Of a stretch of 64,000 nt of DNA, positions 25,380-38,270 are shown piece after piece. A model generated the notes under the pieces. That model worked only from the letters and a program-made list of their open reading frames with translations, was not told where the DNA came from and did no database searches. The position numbers and the translations under genes are program-made. Position 1 is the stretch's first letter; each line of letters starts with the position of its first letter. Source of the stretch: Isurus oxyrinchus (lineage: Eukaryota); the NCBI GenBank assembly GCA_026770705.1, contig JANJGN010001184.1, forward strand, positions 1 through 64,000. Reading direction: 5' to 3'.

Positions 25380-26300
25380 GCTGACACAAAGATAGGTTGG
25401 AAAGTAAATTGTGAAGAGGATGTAAGGTGGTTAGAAAGTGACATCGATAGGTTAAGTGAGTGGGCAAAGATCTGACAAATGGAGAATAATGTGGGCGCAT
25501 GTGAAATTGTTCATTTTGTCAGAAAGAACAAGAAGGAAGATTATTATCTAAAAGGTGAGAGATTGCAGAGCTCTGAGATGCAGAGGGATCTGGGTGTCCT
25601 CGTGCATGAATCACAAAAGGCTGGTTTGCAGATACAGCAGGTCAATCGGAAAGCTAATGGGATGTTATAATTTACTGTGGGGGAATTGAATAGAAAAGTA
25701 GGGAGGTTACGTTCAGTTGTACAGGGCACTGGTGAGACCACATCTGGAGTACTCTGTACAGTAAGGTCACCTTACTTAAAGAAAGATGTAAATGCATTAG
25801 AAGCAGTTCAGAGAAGGTTTACTAGACTAATACCAGGATTGGGTGGGTTGTCTTATGAGGTCAGGTTGGACAGGTTAGGCTTGTATCCACTGGAGTTTAG
25901 AAGAGTAAGAGGCAACTTAATTAAAACCTTTAAGATCCAGGTGAGTCTTGACAGGGTGGATATGGAGAGGATGTTCCCTCTTGTGTGAGAATCTAGAACT
26001 TGGCGGTCATGGTTTAAAAATAAGGGGTCGCTCATTTAAGATAGAGATGAGGCGAAATGTTTTCTCTCAGAGGGTAGTGAGTCTTTGGAACACTCTGCCT
26101 CAAAAGGCAGTGGAAACAGGGTCTTTGAATATTTTTAAGGCAGAGTTAGATAGATTCTTGATTAACAAGGGGGTGAAAGGTCATTGGGGGTAGACAGGAA
26201 TGTGAGGTTGAGGTGACAATCAGATCAGCCATGATCTTACTGAATGGCGGAGCAGGTTCGAGGGGCTGAGTGACCTACTCCTGATCCTAACTCAGATATC
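25380..26300 (+). mobile_element. CR1 LINE 3' portion
   Basis: QRDLGVLVHESQK, LEAVQRRFTRLIPGL, RRNVFSQRVVSLWNTLPQKAVE. Confidence 0.88.
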
Positions 26301-27642
26301 CAGATGTTCTCAAAGGCAATTGGGGATGGGCAACAAATACTGGCCTAGCCAGTGACACCAACATCCCTGAAATGAATAAGAAAAAAATGTATCAATCAAT
26401 TAAATTTATTGATTAATCGAATCGAAATTCCTCCAGCTGCCGTGGTGGGATTTGAACCCGTGCGTTCAAAGCATTCACCTGGGCCTCTGGATCACTGGCC
26501 TAGTGCCATTCCCATTGTGCGACTGTCTGCTATCATCATGGCTCTTTCACATCGATGTGGAAGTCCTGATAACAGAAGCATTGGACGAGGTACAGAAAGG
26601 TGACAAATCAGGAGCTCCATTGCTCAATATGAACGGATAATAAAGATAAATGAACATAAACCTTCCAGTCGCTAATTAGGGAGTCACTGTGGAGCCCATG
26701 AGTCCCTCGCAGCGCTATTGCAACCTTCTGGATCCCCAGTAGGGGACTCGGGGTGCAGCTGTGTCTTCCTCATCATTTGGAAAAGCCGGAATTGTTCGGG
26801 TGCCCCTTCAAACAGGCCTACGAGTGCAGTGGGTGATGTCTCCCACAGGCCCTGGGAGACCTCCACTGCCAATTTGTTTTGTAGCTTATTCTTCAACTGC
26901 GACATTGGATCAGCTTGCAAAAGGGTGGGGCTGAGGCAATACCACCAGGTAAGCGTCTATCCCCTCACACGTCACCCCCCCCCCCACCCCCGTAACCATC
27001 ACAGTCCCTCCCATCGTGCTGGAGGAGCATAATGTGCACATTCCCCTCCTTCCAATCAGTCTCCTCCCTTCCTCTCTAATCCTTGATCTTATTGTGTTCG
27101 GGGTTGACATCCCAGTCCTCCTCCCTAGACTGTCTGATGTTGACATCCCAATGCCCCATGTAGACCTGACCTCTCTCCAACTAGAGGCCCATTGTACTGT
27201 GACTTACAGAGACCACCGGCCCCCCTCGATTCCCAGCCCCACCCCTACTCTCTATATTACCTGCTCCCCACTGACAGGCTGCAGATGCCTCCCCTGACTG
27301 GGATTGTGCCACCTGCGGCCTAGTATCAAGCCACCCACCCCCAGGATGGACGTGTGTGAGCGACTGACCACGTCCTGCACACCATGCTGGGCACCACCAA
27401 CCCAGGACTGCCAGGCTGTCCCCACCACACTGGACTGGGACTAGAATAGGCATGCCAAGCACAGCTCTCTAAATCGTGGCGCAGACCCACAGCACTCGCA
27501 ATGTTTTGTGGCCCGAATCCTTGCTGAGGAACTGCCCAGCACTAAAAGCAAAAAAACTGCAGATGCTGGAAATCCAAAACAGAAACAGAAACAGAAATAC
27601 CTGGAAAAACTCAGCAGGTCTGGCAGCATCGGCGGAGAAGAA

Positions 27643-28258
27643 CTGAGGTAGTGCGGCACTGTCGGAGGGTCTGAGCTGAGGGAGTGCTGCACTGTCGGAG
27701 GTTCAGTACTGAGGGAGTGCTGCACTGTCGGAGGGTCTGAGCTGAGGGAGTGCTGCACTGTCGGAGGGTCTGAACTGAGGGAGTGCTGCACTGTCGGAGG
27801 GTATGAACTGAGGGAGAGCTGCACTGTCGGAGGGCTTGAACTGAGGAAGTGCTGCACTGTCGGATGGTTTGAACTGAGGGAGTGCTGCACTGTCGGAGGG
27901 TCTGAACTGAAGGAGTGCTGCACTGTCGGAGGGTCTGAACTGAAGGAGTGCTGCACTGTCGGAGGGTCTGAACTGAAGGAGTGCTGCACTGTCGGAGGGT
28001 CTGAAATGAGAAAGTGCTGCACTGTCAGAGGGTCTGAACTGAGAAAGTGCTGCACTGTCAGAGGGTCTGAACTGAGGGAGTGCTGCACTGTCGGAGGTTC
28101 TGAACTGAGGGAGTGCTGCACTGTCGGAGGGTATGAACTGAGGGAGTGCTGCACAGTCGGAGGGTCTGAACTGAGGGAGTGCTGCACTGTCGGAGGGTTT
28201 GAACTGAGGGAGTGCTGCATTGTCGGAGGGTCTGATCTGAGGGAGTGCTGCACTGTCT
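27643..28258. repeat. 33-bp SINE-derived tandem array (about 18 copies)
   Basis: gaactgagggagtgctgcactgtcggagggtct variant unit. Confidence 0.9.
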
Positions 28259-28988
28259 AAAGAACATTGTACAAATTGCACAAAATTTCATCTGATGCCT
28301 GTGTCTCATGCTAACATGAAGTTCATGCACACAACAGGAATATTTCTCGCTGTTTCTCTGCAGCAAGACAGCTTTGGTATCACACCACCCACTGGCAAGA
28401 GTGTGCAGTTACAATGTGACATGTTTACATTGGAAATTTCTATTATAAAGATGGACAGAGGAATTCATCTGATTGGAAAACGTGACAACAGGAAGCTATG
28501 TCTTTGAGCCAAGTATTTTGCAGCAAAACAAGAATTTTAATCTTTAAATATCTACAGAACAGGCTGAGCATTTTAATCACTTGAGTTAATCAATGTAATT
28601 TTATTCATAAGCCAAATGCTTCTTACAATCTATCGCAGCATGAAAAAGGTGCAGCATTCAGAAAGCACATTCCAATCAGAGAACAGAGTTTAGCAACGTC
28701 ACATTTCTGTTCATTCCTATTCGATGAACAATTTCAAAAGGAAATTGGATGGAAATTGGAAATAAATTTGCAGGGATACGGGGATAGAGCAGGGGATGGG
28801 ACTGAGTGGATTGCTTTACAGAGAGACAGCATAGACTCAATGGGCCAAATGTCCTCCTCCATTGCTGGAATGACTCGATGATACGGAGATGATTATAACC
28901 AGGACACTGACCAGTTTCATTACAACTTAACACAACATCACACGTTATTTGTCCGCACTGACTGACCAGATTGTTGCTGTACAAAGCT

Positions 28989-29128
28989 TCAAACAGTCTG
29001 TCGACTTCCTTTCACTGTTTGTCTCTCCCAGACACAGACTCCAGTGATAGTGATAACCACAGCCACAAGGAATATCACAGCTCGTATTCCCAGGATCAGG
29101 ATCACGTGCAGAATCTCTCCTCCACTGT
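28989..29128 (-). CDS. Siglec-like gene B terminal exon: TM with intramembrane Arg and short tail, (H)SGGEILHVILILGIRAVIFLVAVVITITGVCVWERQTVKGSRQTV*
   Basis: Acceptor ttctttctgtgtgttctctag; phase 1 matches the upstream Ig exon donor; hydrophobic stretch with CGA (Arg) at 29082-29084; TGA at 28989-28991; minus-strand AATAAA near 28600. Confidence 0.82.
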
Positions 29129-30242
29129 CTAGAGAACACACAGAAAGAAATCATCACTGACTCTCCGCTTTCAATCTCTCACTCTGGCTGAACAATCAAG
29201 CTTCATATCACTGCAACATTTGCTGTAATATTGACCCATCCACTGGGATTCAATGTGGAATGAATGTTTTCACTGTAAACACTCTAAGAGTGGACAATCG
29301 GAACTTTCCCCTTAGCGTGGAACATTGGTGAGAATGGATCATTGTGCTGTTGGACTCCCTGTCCAATGTTTCTCTCCATCGCTGTGTACAGGATTGTGCT
29401 GTAGAAAATTCTGGAAACCTTTAGTGCCGGGTGAAAATCCATCTCAGCCGTGTGTGCGAATCGGGCAGTATCGGGATGGACTCCCCCACGGACTTACACA
29501 CCCCGCTTAATAAACAGTTCCAATCTTTACCCAGAGAGAGGGGCGAATATGGAACTCGCTCCCACAGGGAGTGGTTGAGGTGAATAGTAGGAAATTAGGA
29601 AGTGAAATTGCTTGAAAAGCTTGGAGATGCAAGGGTTAAGTGTTACCGTGCTACCACTGGTGGGAGAGTGTAACTACAGCGTGATGTTTACATAGGCAAT
29701 CCCCATTATGAACATGGACATCATGTGAAAAATGGGCACTGGAAAGCTGAGAACTTGATGTAAGCTTTTCAGCAACAGGAATTCCCTTCCTAAACCTCTC
29801 CACTTTCCTCTTACTCTCAGATACTCAAACAAAATTTCACACAAAATCACGTAAGGAGGAATTGGGACAGGTGACTGGTCAAAGAGTTAGATTTCAGGAA
29901 GGTTCTTAAAGTAGGATAGAGAGTTGGAGAGGCAGAGAGTATCTGTGAGTGTCTCTGTGCATCTGAGTGTCTGTAATAGACTTTGCAATTTCCATATTCT
30001 TCCATAAATATGAAAGGGAACACAAATCCCAGAATCCAGGTCAACTCTCCGGTGCAGCACTGAGGGAGGTCAGGTAATCCACAGGGGAGTATGTGCTAGT
30101 GTGTTTGTTTGTGAGTGTGCCTTTGTGTGTGCTCATAGATGTGGGATTGTGTGTCTGCAGGTGTCTATTTAAGGCTGGATATTTATGTGTGTTTTTGTAG
30201 TGTTTCAATCTGAGAGAGATGTTGAAGTTTGTCTTAACTAAC

Positions 30243-30394
30243 GTTCCACAGTGATGGTTATGAAACCCTCCACTGCTCCATGTTCATTCTCTGAGCACAC
30301 TGATAGTCTCCAGTGTCCCTGGATGTAACGTGAGGAATCACCAACCACAGCTCATTGTTGGAACTTGTTCTGTTCATTGTGATATTCAGATGTC
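30243..30394 (-). pseudogene. Gene B third Ig exon: 5' half missing, 1-nt frameshift
   Basis: Homologous to the 3' half of the gene A 282-bp exons (HLNITMNRTSSNNELWLVIPHVTSRDTGDYQC). tgtgctcagag versus tgtgtggcagag in A is a 1-nt loss. The 5' part is replaced by unrelated LTR-like sequence from about 30391. Confidence 0.85.
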
Positions 30395-30717
30395 AGGACC
30401 GGACTCAACAAGACAGATTGCAGGTTTACCAACAGAAAGTGAACAACAATTTATATTTAAAGGGAAGAGAGTGCTGGTTAATCAGCAAGTGGTCTCTGAT
30501 TGGAGGAGGTGTTGCCATGGAAAATAATGTGTGTGAGATGTAAAGTTTAGACAGCTTGTCTCTTCATTCAGCAACAATCAAATAAAGATCAGTTAACTTC
30601 TATCGACTGTGAAGCACTTTGAGAGGCATGAGAATGTGGACACTGAGAACGGGCTGCACTGTCAGAGGGTCAGCGCTGAGGGAGTGCTGATGTAGAATGA
30701 AGGGTGTCTGTACTTAC

Positions 30718-31014
30718 CTTGCACAGTTAGTACGAGGGTCCGCTCCGATGAAACAGATGGATATCTCACTCTGCAGCTGAGAGTGTGTCCGTGGTGTTTG
30801 AGTGATGGGATCAGGGTCAGAACAGAAGTATAGGACAGAGTGACACCATGCTGAGTTACAGTGTTTGAGACTGATCCACGTACGTCAGTGGGAGTGTCCC
30901 AGGTTAAGACAGGTGCTGCTGTTCCATTGCACGTTGTGTTGAAGGTGCAGCTTACATCCACAGGCTTTCCTGCAATAATTTCAGCAGGGAATATCGTGGG
31001 TTTATCTGTGAAAT
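30718..31014 (-). CDS. Gene B C2-set Ig exon (open, 297 nt)
   Basis: DFTDKPTIFPAEIIAGKPVDVSCTFNTTC...LSCRVRYPSVSSERTLVLTVQ; ag/gt intact; differs from 51134-51430 at only 2 residues by my alignment. Confidence 0.9.
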
Positions 31015-31742
31015 CTAACAGACAGAGAATGGATCCTTTTAGAGAAATATAACGTGAAGCATCAGTTCAAATAGAAATCACAGTCCCACAAGAGAAAGCA
31101 CTTTTACAAGGATGATATCAGATCTGAGAGGTTACAATGATTAGGAGAGAATTTCCTGCTTTGAGACTTTGGTGTTTCTGTCTCTCAGCTTAATACACGT
31201 TCACTCCGAGACACTTGAACTGATAATAGTGGGTGAGGGTGGTGGAGCAGACCAGAGTTTGGAGTGCACTAACCCATCAGTCCCTCAGCGATCTGGGCCA
31301 TTTTTTACTTTGCAATTTGTGGGAGATTGCTGTGTGCAAATTGGTTGCTGTGTTTCCCACATTACAATAGTAACTACAATTCAGGAATCAGCTCATTGGC
31401 TGTGAAGTGATTTGGTCCATGCTGAGGTGGTGAAAGGTGCTACAGAAATGTGAATCTTTCCTCTGTCGCTAAGTCAGACTTCGAGACAGGATTAGAGAGA
31501 TCGATAGGAGTGGATAACCTGATAACATTGATGGACACAGTCAATACATTTAATCATTGATATTAAAGTGAGTATTAGAGGTTGCTTTAGGAGTGAATTA
31601 GAAGCGATCACCAGGTTATTGAGAATCAGACAGTGTGTTATAATAAGCTGTGTTTTGTGTTAATACGTAAACGTTACAGTTTGTGTTATTTCCCATGGAG
31701 TGTTGAATGTGAATTGTTGAGTAATTATAACACAGCACTTAC

Positions 31743-32108
31743 CAGAAACGTGAAGCTGGGTTACAGGGTAATAGTTATGGCTCGGACCATTGTCAAATTC
31801 TATTCTGAAAAAATAAGGTCCCGCATCTTCCCGTCTGATGTTGTTTATAATCAGGGAACAGTCGCCATCTTTCAGGTCTCCAGACAGCCGGGTCCGATGG
31901 TGGAACCGTGGTAACTCGTGACTGTGATCCTTGGAGTGAAAGGCTATAGACGATGTTCTCCATTCCTCATAATTAAACCAGACTCCACCTCACGGTTGGT
32001 TTTCCAGACACGATGGATAACTGTAATGACATGGAATCTGTACACACGAACCTTCCTGCACTGTCACCTCTCGTGGATTGTCACCTTTCTACTCTTGCGA
32101 GGGTTCAG
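31743..32108 (-). pseudogene. Gene B V-set exon V2 with two premature stops
   Basis: 366 nt with intact splice sites, SCVQIPC and YFFRIEF. TGG>TAG at 32089-32091 and CGA>TGA at 31990-31992. Confidence 0.92.
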
Positions 32109-32179
32109 CTGGGGAGAGAAATATCAATATTTAACTCTGAATGGTTTGTGGATCCACTGAACCCGATATTTACAGATGA

Positions 32180-32960
32180 GGCTGAATTGGGGAGATGGTC
32201 AATACTGAGGAGAATGGCAACAAATTATATTGTCAGGAAGAATAGAAAAACAGGATATAATTTAAATGGAGACAGGCTGCAGAATGCAGTACAGAGGGAT
32301 CTGGGTGTCCTGGTACATGAATCACAGAAAGTCAGCATTCAGGAACACCACGGAATGAGGAAGGCAAGTGGAATGTTGGCCTTTATTGCAAAGGGATGGA
32401 GTATAAAAGGAGGGAAGTCTTGCAACAGCTGCACAGGGTGTTCGTGATATTGTAACAGGATCATTGTGTACAGGCAGTTCAGAGAAGCTTCACTGGGCTG
32501 ATTCCTGGGATTAAAGGGTTTGTCCTGTGAGGAAATGTTGAGCAGGTTGGGCCTGTATCCATTGGAGTTTAGAAGAATGAGGGGTGACCTTATTGAAACA
32601 TATCCGATTCCGAGGGGGCTTGACAGGGTGGATGCTGGGAGGATGTTTCCCCCTCGTGGGGGAATCTAGAACCAGGGAGCACAGTTTCGGAATGAGGGCT
32701 CTCCCATTTAAGACTGAGATGAGGAGGAATTTCCTCTCTCAGAGGGGCGCTAGCCTGTGGAATTCTCTTCCCCAGAGAGCAGTGGAGGCTGGGCCATTGA
32801 ATAGACTCAAGGCTGAGTGAGGCAGGTTTTTGATCGACAAGGGAGTCAACGGTTTGGGGGACAAGCAGGAAAATGGAGTTAAGGCCGCAACCAGATCAGT
32901 GAGAGCAGGCTGGAGGGACCGAATGGCCTGCTCCTGTCCCTATTTCTTATGTTCCTACAT
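32180..32960 (+). mobile_element. CR1 LINE 3' portion between V1 and V2
   Basis: QRDLGVLVHESQK, RRNFLSQRGASLWNSLPQRAVEA, and a CR1-type tail. Confidence 0.85.
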
Positions 32961-33325
32961 TCTTACCTTCTTAAAATATTAAAGCTGCAGAATAAACATG
33001 CAAGTGACTGACCCGCTCAACCCACCTTCCATCTGGGGGTCCCATGGGGAGGACCCTTCCTGAGCCAGATCCACCAGCCAACATGGTCTGGATCTGAGCA
33101 CAGGAGACACGGGAGGGAGTGACTAACAGGCTCCTTGTGACAGGCCCCGTCTGTCCAATGGCTGGCTTTCAGCTGCCAAGGCCAGAGTTGTCCTTGCTAA
33201 AACTGGCTCAGGACAGGCCAGGACCTCTGTGCAGACCCCCTCCAGCGCTGCAGCCTCTGTACAAACCCCTCATGCGCTTGTGGAGAGACACAAACAAGGC
33301 TGCACATTACCGAGGAGAATCCCCT

Positions 33326-33741
33326 CTACGGACTAAGGGGCTGACTCATCACCTTAAACTCAGCAAATGAGGAGGCTGAAACATGAAGCTGGGTTTCAGG
33401 ACGGTCGTTGTATCTATTCCTGCTGTCAAAATCTGTTCTGAATAAATAATATCCTGCATCTTCCCGTCTGATGTTGTTTATAATCAGGGAACAGTCACCA
33501 TCTTTCAGGTCTCCAGAAAGCCGGGTCCGATGGTGGAACCGTGGTAACTCGCGACTGTGATCCTTGGAGTGAAAGGCTATAGACCATGTTTCCCAATTCC
33601 TTCTCATATACCAGATTCCAACAGGTGATCTCGGTACTAAATATGATGGGTAGCTGTAATGACACGGAATCTGTACACACGAACGTTCCTGCGCTGTCAC
33701 CTCTCGTGGAGTGTCACCTTTCCACACTTGTGGTAGTCCAG
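33326..33741 (-). CDS. Gene B V-set exon V1: open frame, splice donor lost, reads through 16 codons to a stop
   Basis: Acceptor tctccccctag; Siglec V-set homology 33741-33376 with FR (Arg) retained; GTTTCAG|cc in place of GTTTCTG|gt. Confidence 0.8.
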
Positions 33742-34132
33742 CTAGGGGGAGAAATATCAATATTTAACTCTGAATGTTTTGTCAATCCACTAGACTCAAA
33801 ATCCACCCCCTCCATCACTGGGGCACAGTGGCTGCAGTCTGGACTCACAATGAATGCCCCAATGTTTCACAACACATTGAAGAGAATCCTGGATACAGGA
33901 GTGGACAAGTTCATTCTACATTGGCTCGTGGCCCTCAGGAACCTGTTTAGTGAAGCCAGTCTTCCACCCAACACAGTGTCTACAAGACACACTAATTGAA
34001 GTGAGTTCACTGCTGATTTTCAAACTAGGACAATGGATTAGGAGCCTTCAGAATTCCCCCATTATCACCATCATGAATCATGAATTGGCCTAGCTGTCCT
34101 AGATCCTCAGTGTCTAAGGCAGTGGTTCCTAT

Positions 34133-35061
34133 TGTGATGAAAGTATAATAATTTTCATAATATTTTATAGTATATTGTGAAGTAGGTTTATGGGGGTACG
34201 CATGATGGGTCTGCATGTGATTTAAGTACATTTGGAGTTAATTAGATTGGAAGTTTAAAATGATCAAAAGGAGCTAGGTGCTTGACATGCTATTGAGTAA
34301 ACATGGATGCTGCTTAGCATGGAAGGTATGAAGAGAATTTGCATTTTTATCTCAATGAAGGGGTTGTTGGATTTCAAAGGAATCTTAGTTTGTTTACAAC
34401 TAGCCAGATAAGCAAGACTAAGGAATGTGCTTATTTTTCTCAAAGGCTCCTGGCAATATGGGCACCACAAAAGAATTTGTTATGAGGAAGATACAGTTTC
34501 AAAAACATTTGGAACAATAGAATTTTCATGTTACAAAGAGAGAAATATATATCTATCAGGGAGAATGAAAGGCTATGTGTCAGAATGCCATGTAAGATCT
34601 AACACGAGTGTGTGATATAGTCTTAATGAAACCACTAGCATTTGTGCACAAGCCTGCTATCCAACAGAACTGAAGTTGGGGAAAAGCCACTTGGAATTCC
34701 TCTGTGCAGGGTATTGCTTTTATATTGTGTTCACTTGCTGAGTTTGTTTTAAATATAAACTCTATTTTTGGACCGTTGCCTTAAAGGGAGTGTAACTGGG
34801 AGTAAGGTTATTTCGGAATTTTAAGAATTATTATTAAAATGGTAATTGTAGTGTCATGTACATGCATGATATCATTTATTCTGAGAGCAAGTATTTTAAT
34901 TTAATTTTCAAATCTCTAAAGTTCCTAGAGTAATTATTGCTTCTGAATTCAGTGCACACATCTCATAATAAATACAAATTGCAAAATCATTATGATCGTG
35001 TGACCACCTTTCTCTCATGGACTTGGTCTGCCTGGCACACATCACCTGTCAAGTGATAACA
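34133..35061. mobile_element. Probable solo LTR 1 in the gene B leader-to-V intron
   Basis: Begins TGTGATGA, ends TGATAACA; absent from the paralogous intron of gene A. Confidence 0.55.
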
Positions 35062-35065
35062 CTGT

Positions 35066-36386
35066 TGTAATATGCCTTTCAGGGATAGCAGCATGACATC
35101 ACTCGAGGGGAAGTGTGTCATGTGATTTTTAGGAACTGGGGATAGGTTAAGTAAGTTCTATGTGTATTTGTGTGTGTTAGGCATAAGGTCTATCTTTAAG
35201 TTCAAGTTTAGTTTGATTTCTGTATTTGTGTGTTAAGAAAGGGGGAAACTTGACTTTTAGTTTCATTTTTATAGAAGCCAGCAATCTAATGAGGTTTGGT
35301 GACTGTTGAAGGGAAGTCAAAACAAACACAAGGTGTAAGAAACTGTGCTGCTGCCTGGCAACAGTGATCCAGAGGGAAAGACCCATAGAGGCAGAGAAAA
35401 ACAGAAAAGTACTTTCAGTTCTGTTGAAAGGAGTTGCCAGGAGAAGCAGCAAAGGAGCGGGACAGATAGTCAGTCCCAAAGTAAAGAAGAAGCAAAAACC
35501 ATCGAGTGGAACAGGAGAAAGGGCCAAGAAGACCTTCTAGTCCAAGGAAGATCAGGAATCTGGACAAGGTCCTGTTAAGTCAAGTTAAGGTTGAGGTTCA
35601 GAGGAGGGATCCAAGCTAAAAGAGAATGGGCAAAAGGACACAGACCCAAAGCAAAAAAGGCTTATGAGAAGCCAGAAGATCCTAGGAGACACCACAGGTT
35701 GGTGACTCATTACTACGGCCATGTGAAGCCATGGTGTTCCATTGACACGGCTGAGCATTGGAGAGACAGGGCGTGGAAGGAAGGCTGAATGCACGTGGCG
35801 ATCCAGGGGACAGGAACATGGGAAGGAGAGTTTGAAATAGTGAAAGTGGTCCCTTGTGGAAGGTGTCTGAGTGAAAGTGTCATGTTGGAGAAGATTCCAA
35901 AGAGAGCACTTGTTGAGTAGAGATTGGAAACCCTCATGTGAAAGAAGCAGTTTCGTTAGACCAGTTGCCTCACGGTGTAACAAGCGTCTAGAGTCAGTTG
36001 AGGAGGGACCCGGAGCATTTGTTCCAAGTGGGCTCTGTCACTTGGTTTCAGAATGTGGTGTCCCTGACCCCAGGTCGTCTACTGTTTTACATCGACTGTG
36101 TACTTAGTGTGAACATGAGAGTATAAGTTAGTTATTGTAATTGTGTTATCCTTATGAATCTGTAAATGTATAGGTCTGGGTGAAGGAGTAATGTCATATA
36201 GTTTGTCTTTCCTAGTTTAATAAATGTTTTATTCTTTTGTTAGAAGTTCATCAGATGACTCCTGTGACTCTGTTCAGTAGCCGCACTCCACATTCCTAAA
36301 TAAAAAATATAAGTTAGGACCTATCAAGCTGAGTTCCACCCTGGGATCTGACTTGCCCAGTAGTAACATCAGCTGGGATGATAACA
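35066..36386. mobile_element. Probable solo LTR 2, abutting LTR 1
   Basis: Begins TGTAATA, ends GATAACA, internal AATAAA near 36219; absent from gene A. Confidence 0.6.
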
Positions 36387-36629
36387 CCATCCAGTCCAAG
36401 TTTCACTTTTGTCTGTGAGCAGAACACAGCTCACACAGTTTGGCTGCAGGTGTCTCCCAGCTTTCTATCCTTGTATATCTGTTCTCATGTCCCTATTCAA
36501 AATAACTGAACCCACAATGTATTTACCCAATTCCGTATCAGTGGCTGGTGCCTTTATATCATTATAAAAACACAACATGGTGATCAGCGGTGACCAAACA
36601 TTCTGGCAGCAAGATTCAGTACAATATGA

Positions 36630-38270
36630 AAATGATACCAGAAACCTCTTATTCTCTGTCCTTTTCAAAGATCCATCCCTGCAGCAGGAGCCTTAAGAGT
36701 TATTGATGTGGGGCTTAATTTATCAGATTGTAGAATGATCTGGAAGAGAAGGAAGTCATTTGGCCCATCGAGCCTGTGCTGGACCTTTGAAAGTTCTGTC
36801 CAATAAGTCCCACTGTCACCTCTGCTCTCTCCTCCACAGCCCTGCAAAATGTCCCCTTCAAGTATTTATCCAGTTCCCCTTCTGAAAGTTCCTGTTGAAT
36901 CTGCTTCCACCGGCCTTTCAGGCAGTGAGTCAATGGTCTCTCTCTGAGCTGCAAAGTGCTCAGATTCTGTGAAATTTAAACTCTGCAGCAGGTCAGAGAC
37001 AATTATGATAACTCAGAATATTTGACAGCTTTACACACAGACAGCTTTACCTCCCTTCTCTCTTTCAGTTATCTTGCTCCCTTATTGAAGTATCTAGCAT
37101 GGTGAGAATGGACAGGAAGTGTGACACTGAACAGCCTGTCTATTCTAGGAGCTGCTGTGTTGTCTTCATGGGAAATTCTGACTAAAATCAGCAAATGACA
37201 CAAAATTTCAGGGCATTGTTATCCGAGTCCTAACATCAGGATAGACCTCATTCCCCAGTTTTTATCCCTGTTTCTCTATTCAGCCTATCGCTCCCCTGTC
37301 ACTGGCTGACCTACATTGGCTCCCAGTCCAGCAATGACTCAAATTTCAAATTCTCATCATTGATTTCTTACCCGCAATCCACCCTCTCCCCTCCCTATCT
37401 CTGTAACCTCCTCCAGTTCTTACAACCCTCTGAGATCTCTATTCTCCTCCAATTCTGCTGTCAGACAGGGAGTCAGTGTATATCAGTGAGCACAGGGGTG
37501 ATGGGTGAATGGGACTTGGTGTGAATTTGTACACTGGCTCACTGCTGAATCGGTTCCCAATCACAGCTCAATAAGAATGATCTTTTACAAAGACTATTAG
37601 CCATAAATCTGTCTGAGCTGACGATGATACTACCTTGGAGAAGTGACAGGAGGAAGTAAGATTTCCCGATCATTGTCCACTCCCAGATATTCCATCCACT
37701 TCTGACTCTCAAGCTATGAAAGAGAAAGGAGTTAATGAGACCTCACCTCTTGTCCGACAGCTCTCGAGAGATCAGAACTGCTTTTAGACAATGTTTTCTC
37801 AGACTAATTTGATTATCTGTGGGATGATAGGTGCTCTGCAGAGAGTCACAAGACTTTAACAAAGAAAAACAATGAAGGGTTTGCATTTCTATAGCACCTT
37901 TCACCACCTCAAGATGTCCCAAAGCTCATGTCTCTGCTCTTCCCTCATCCCTTGAGCTAGAAAGATGTTCTGTACAACAGACTTGAGCCTCACACCCAGA
38001 TCTCAATAATCAGTAGAAATCTTTCAAAGGCATCAATCATTGGAATCTGTCTTTATAAAGTCACAACATCAACAAAGGACGGTGTTGGTGGTGGAAGTGA
38101 ATTCCAATCGTTCCGTTACTTACCCAGGACCTGTCCGACTGCTTGCCTGGGGAGGAACTGCCCACCCGCTCTGCTTGGGCAGAATGACCTCTTCCTGTGC
38201 TGCTCCCTCTGTGTGTTTAATTAGAAAGGGTTGATGTGTCACTGTGAGACAAAATGTGGAAGTGGGTAAT
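36630..38270 (-). repeat. Inverted segmental duplicate of about 46640-48215 (promoter, 5'UTR exon, leader exon, intron)
   Basis: Long near-identical reverse-complement matches, e.g. 38040-38170 versus 46745-46880, and 36860-37170 versus 47695-48030. Confidence 0.92.
37634..37673 (-). CDS. Gene B signal-peptide exon MIGKSYFLLSLLQ
   Basis: Same peptide as the gene A leader; phase-1 donor CAAG|gtagt. Upstream non-coding exon donor TGG|gtaagt at 38124. Confidence 0.88.

Noticed and set aside
28945-29157. 70-aa Cys-containing minus-strand ORF
   Set aside because: Alternative frame of the TM exon; the phase-1 frame gives the coherent TM.
31743-33741. Tandem V exons as rearranging Ig/TCR/NAR V segments
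   Set aside because: Cys spacing and the F-strand FR motif are Siglec-type, the exons include the G strand, and I found no RSS heptamer/nonamer at their 3' ends.
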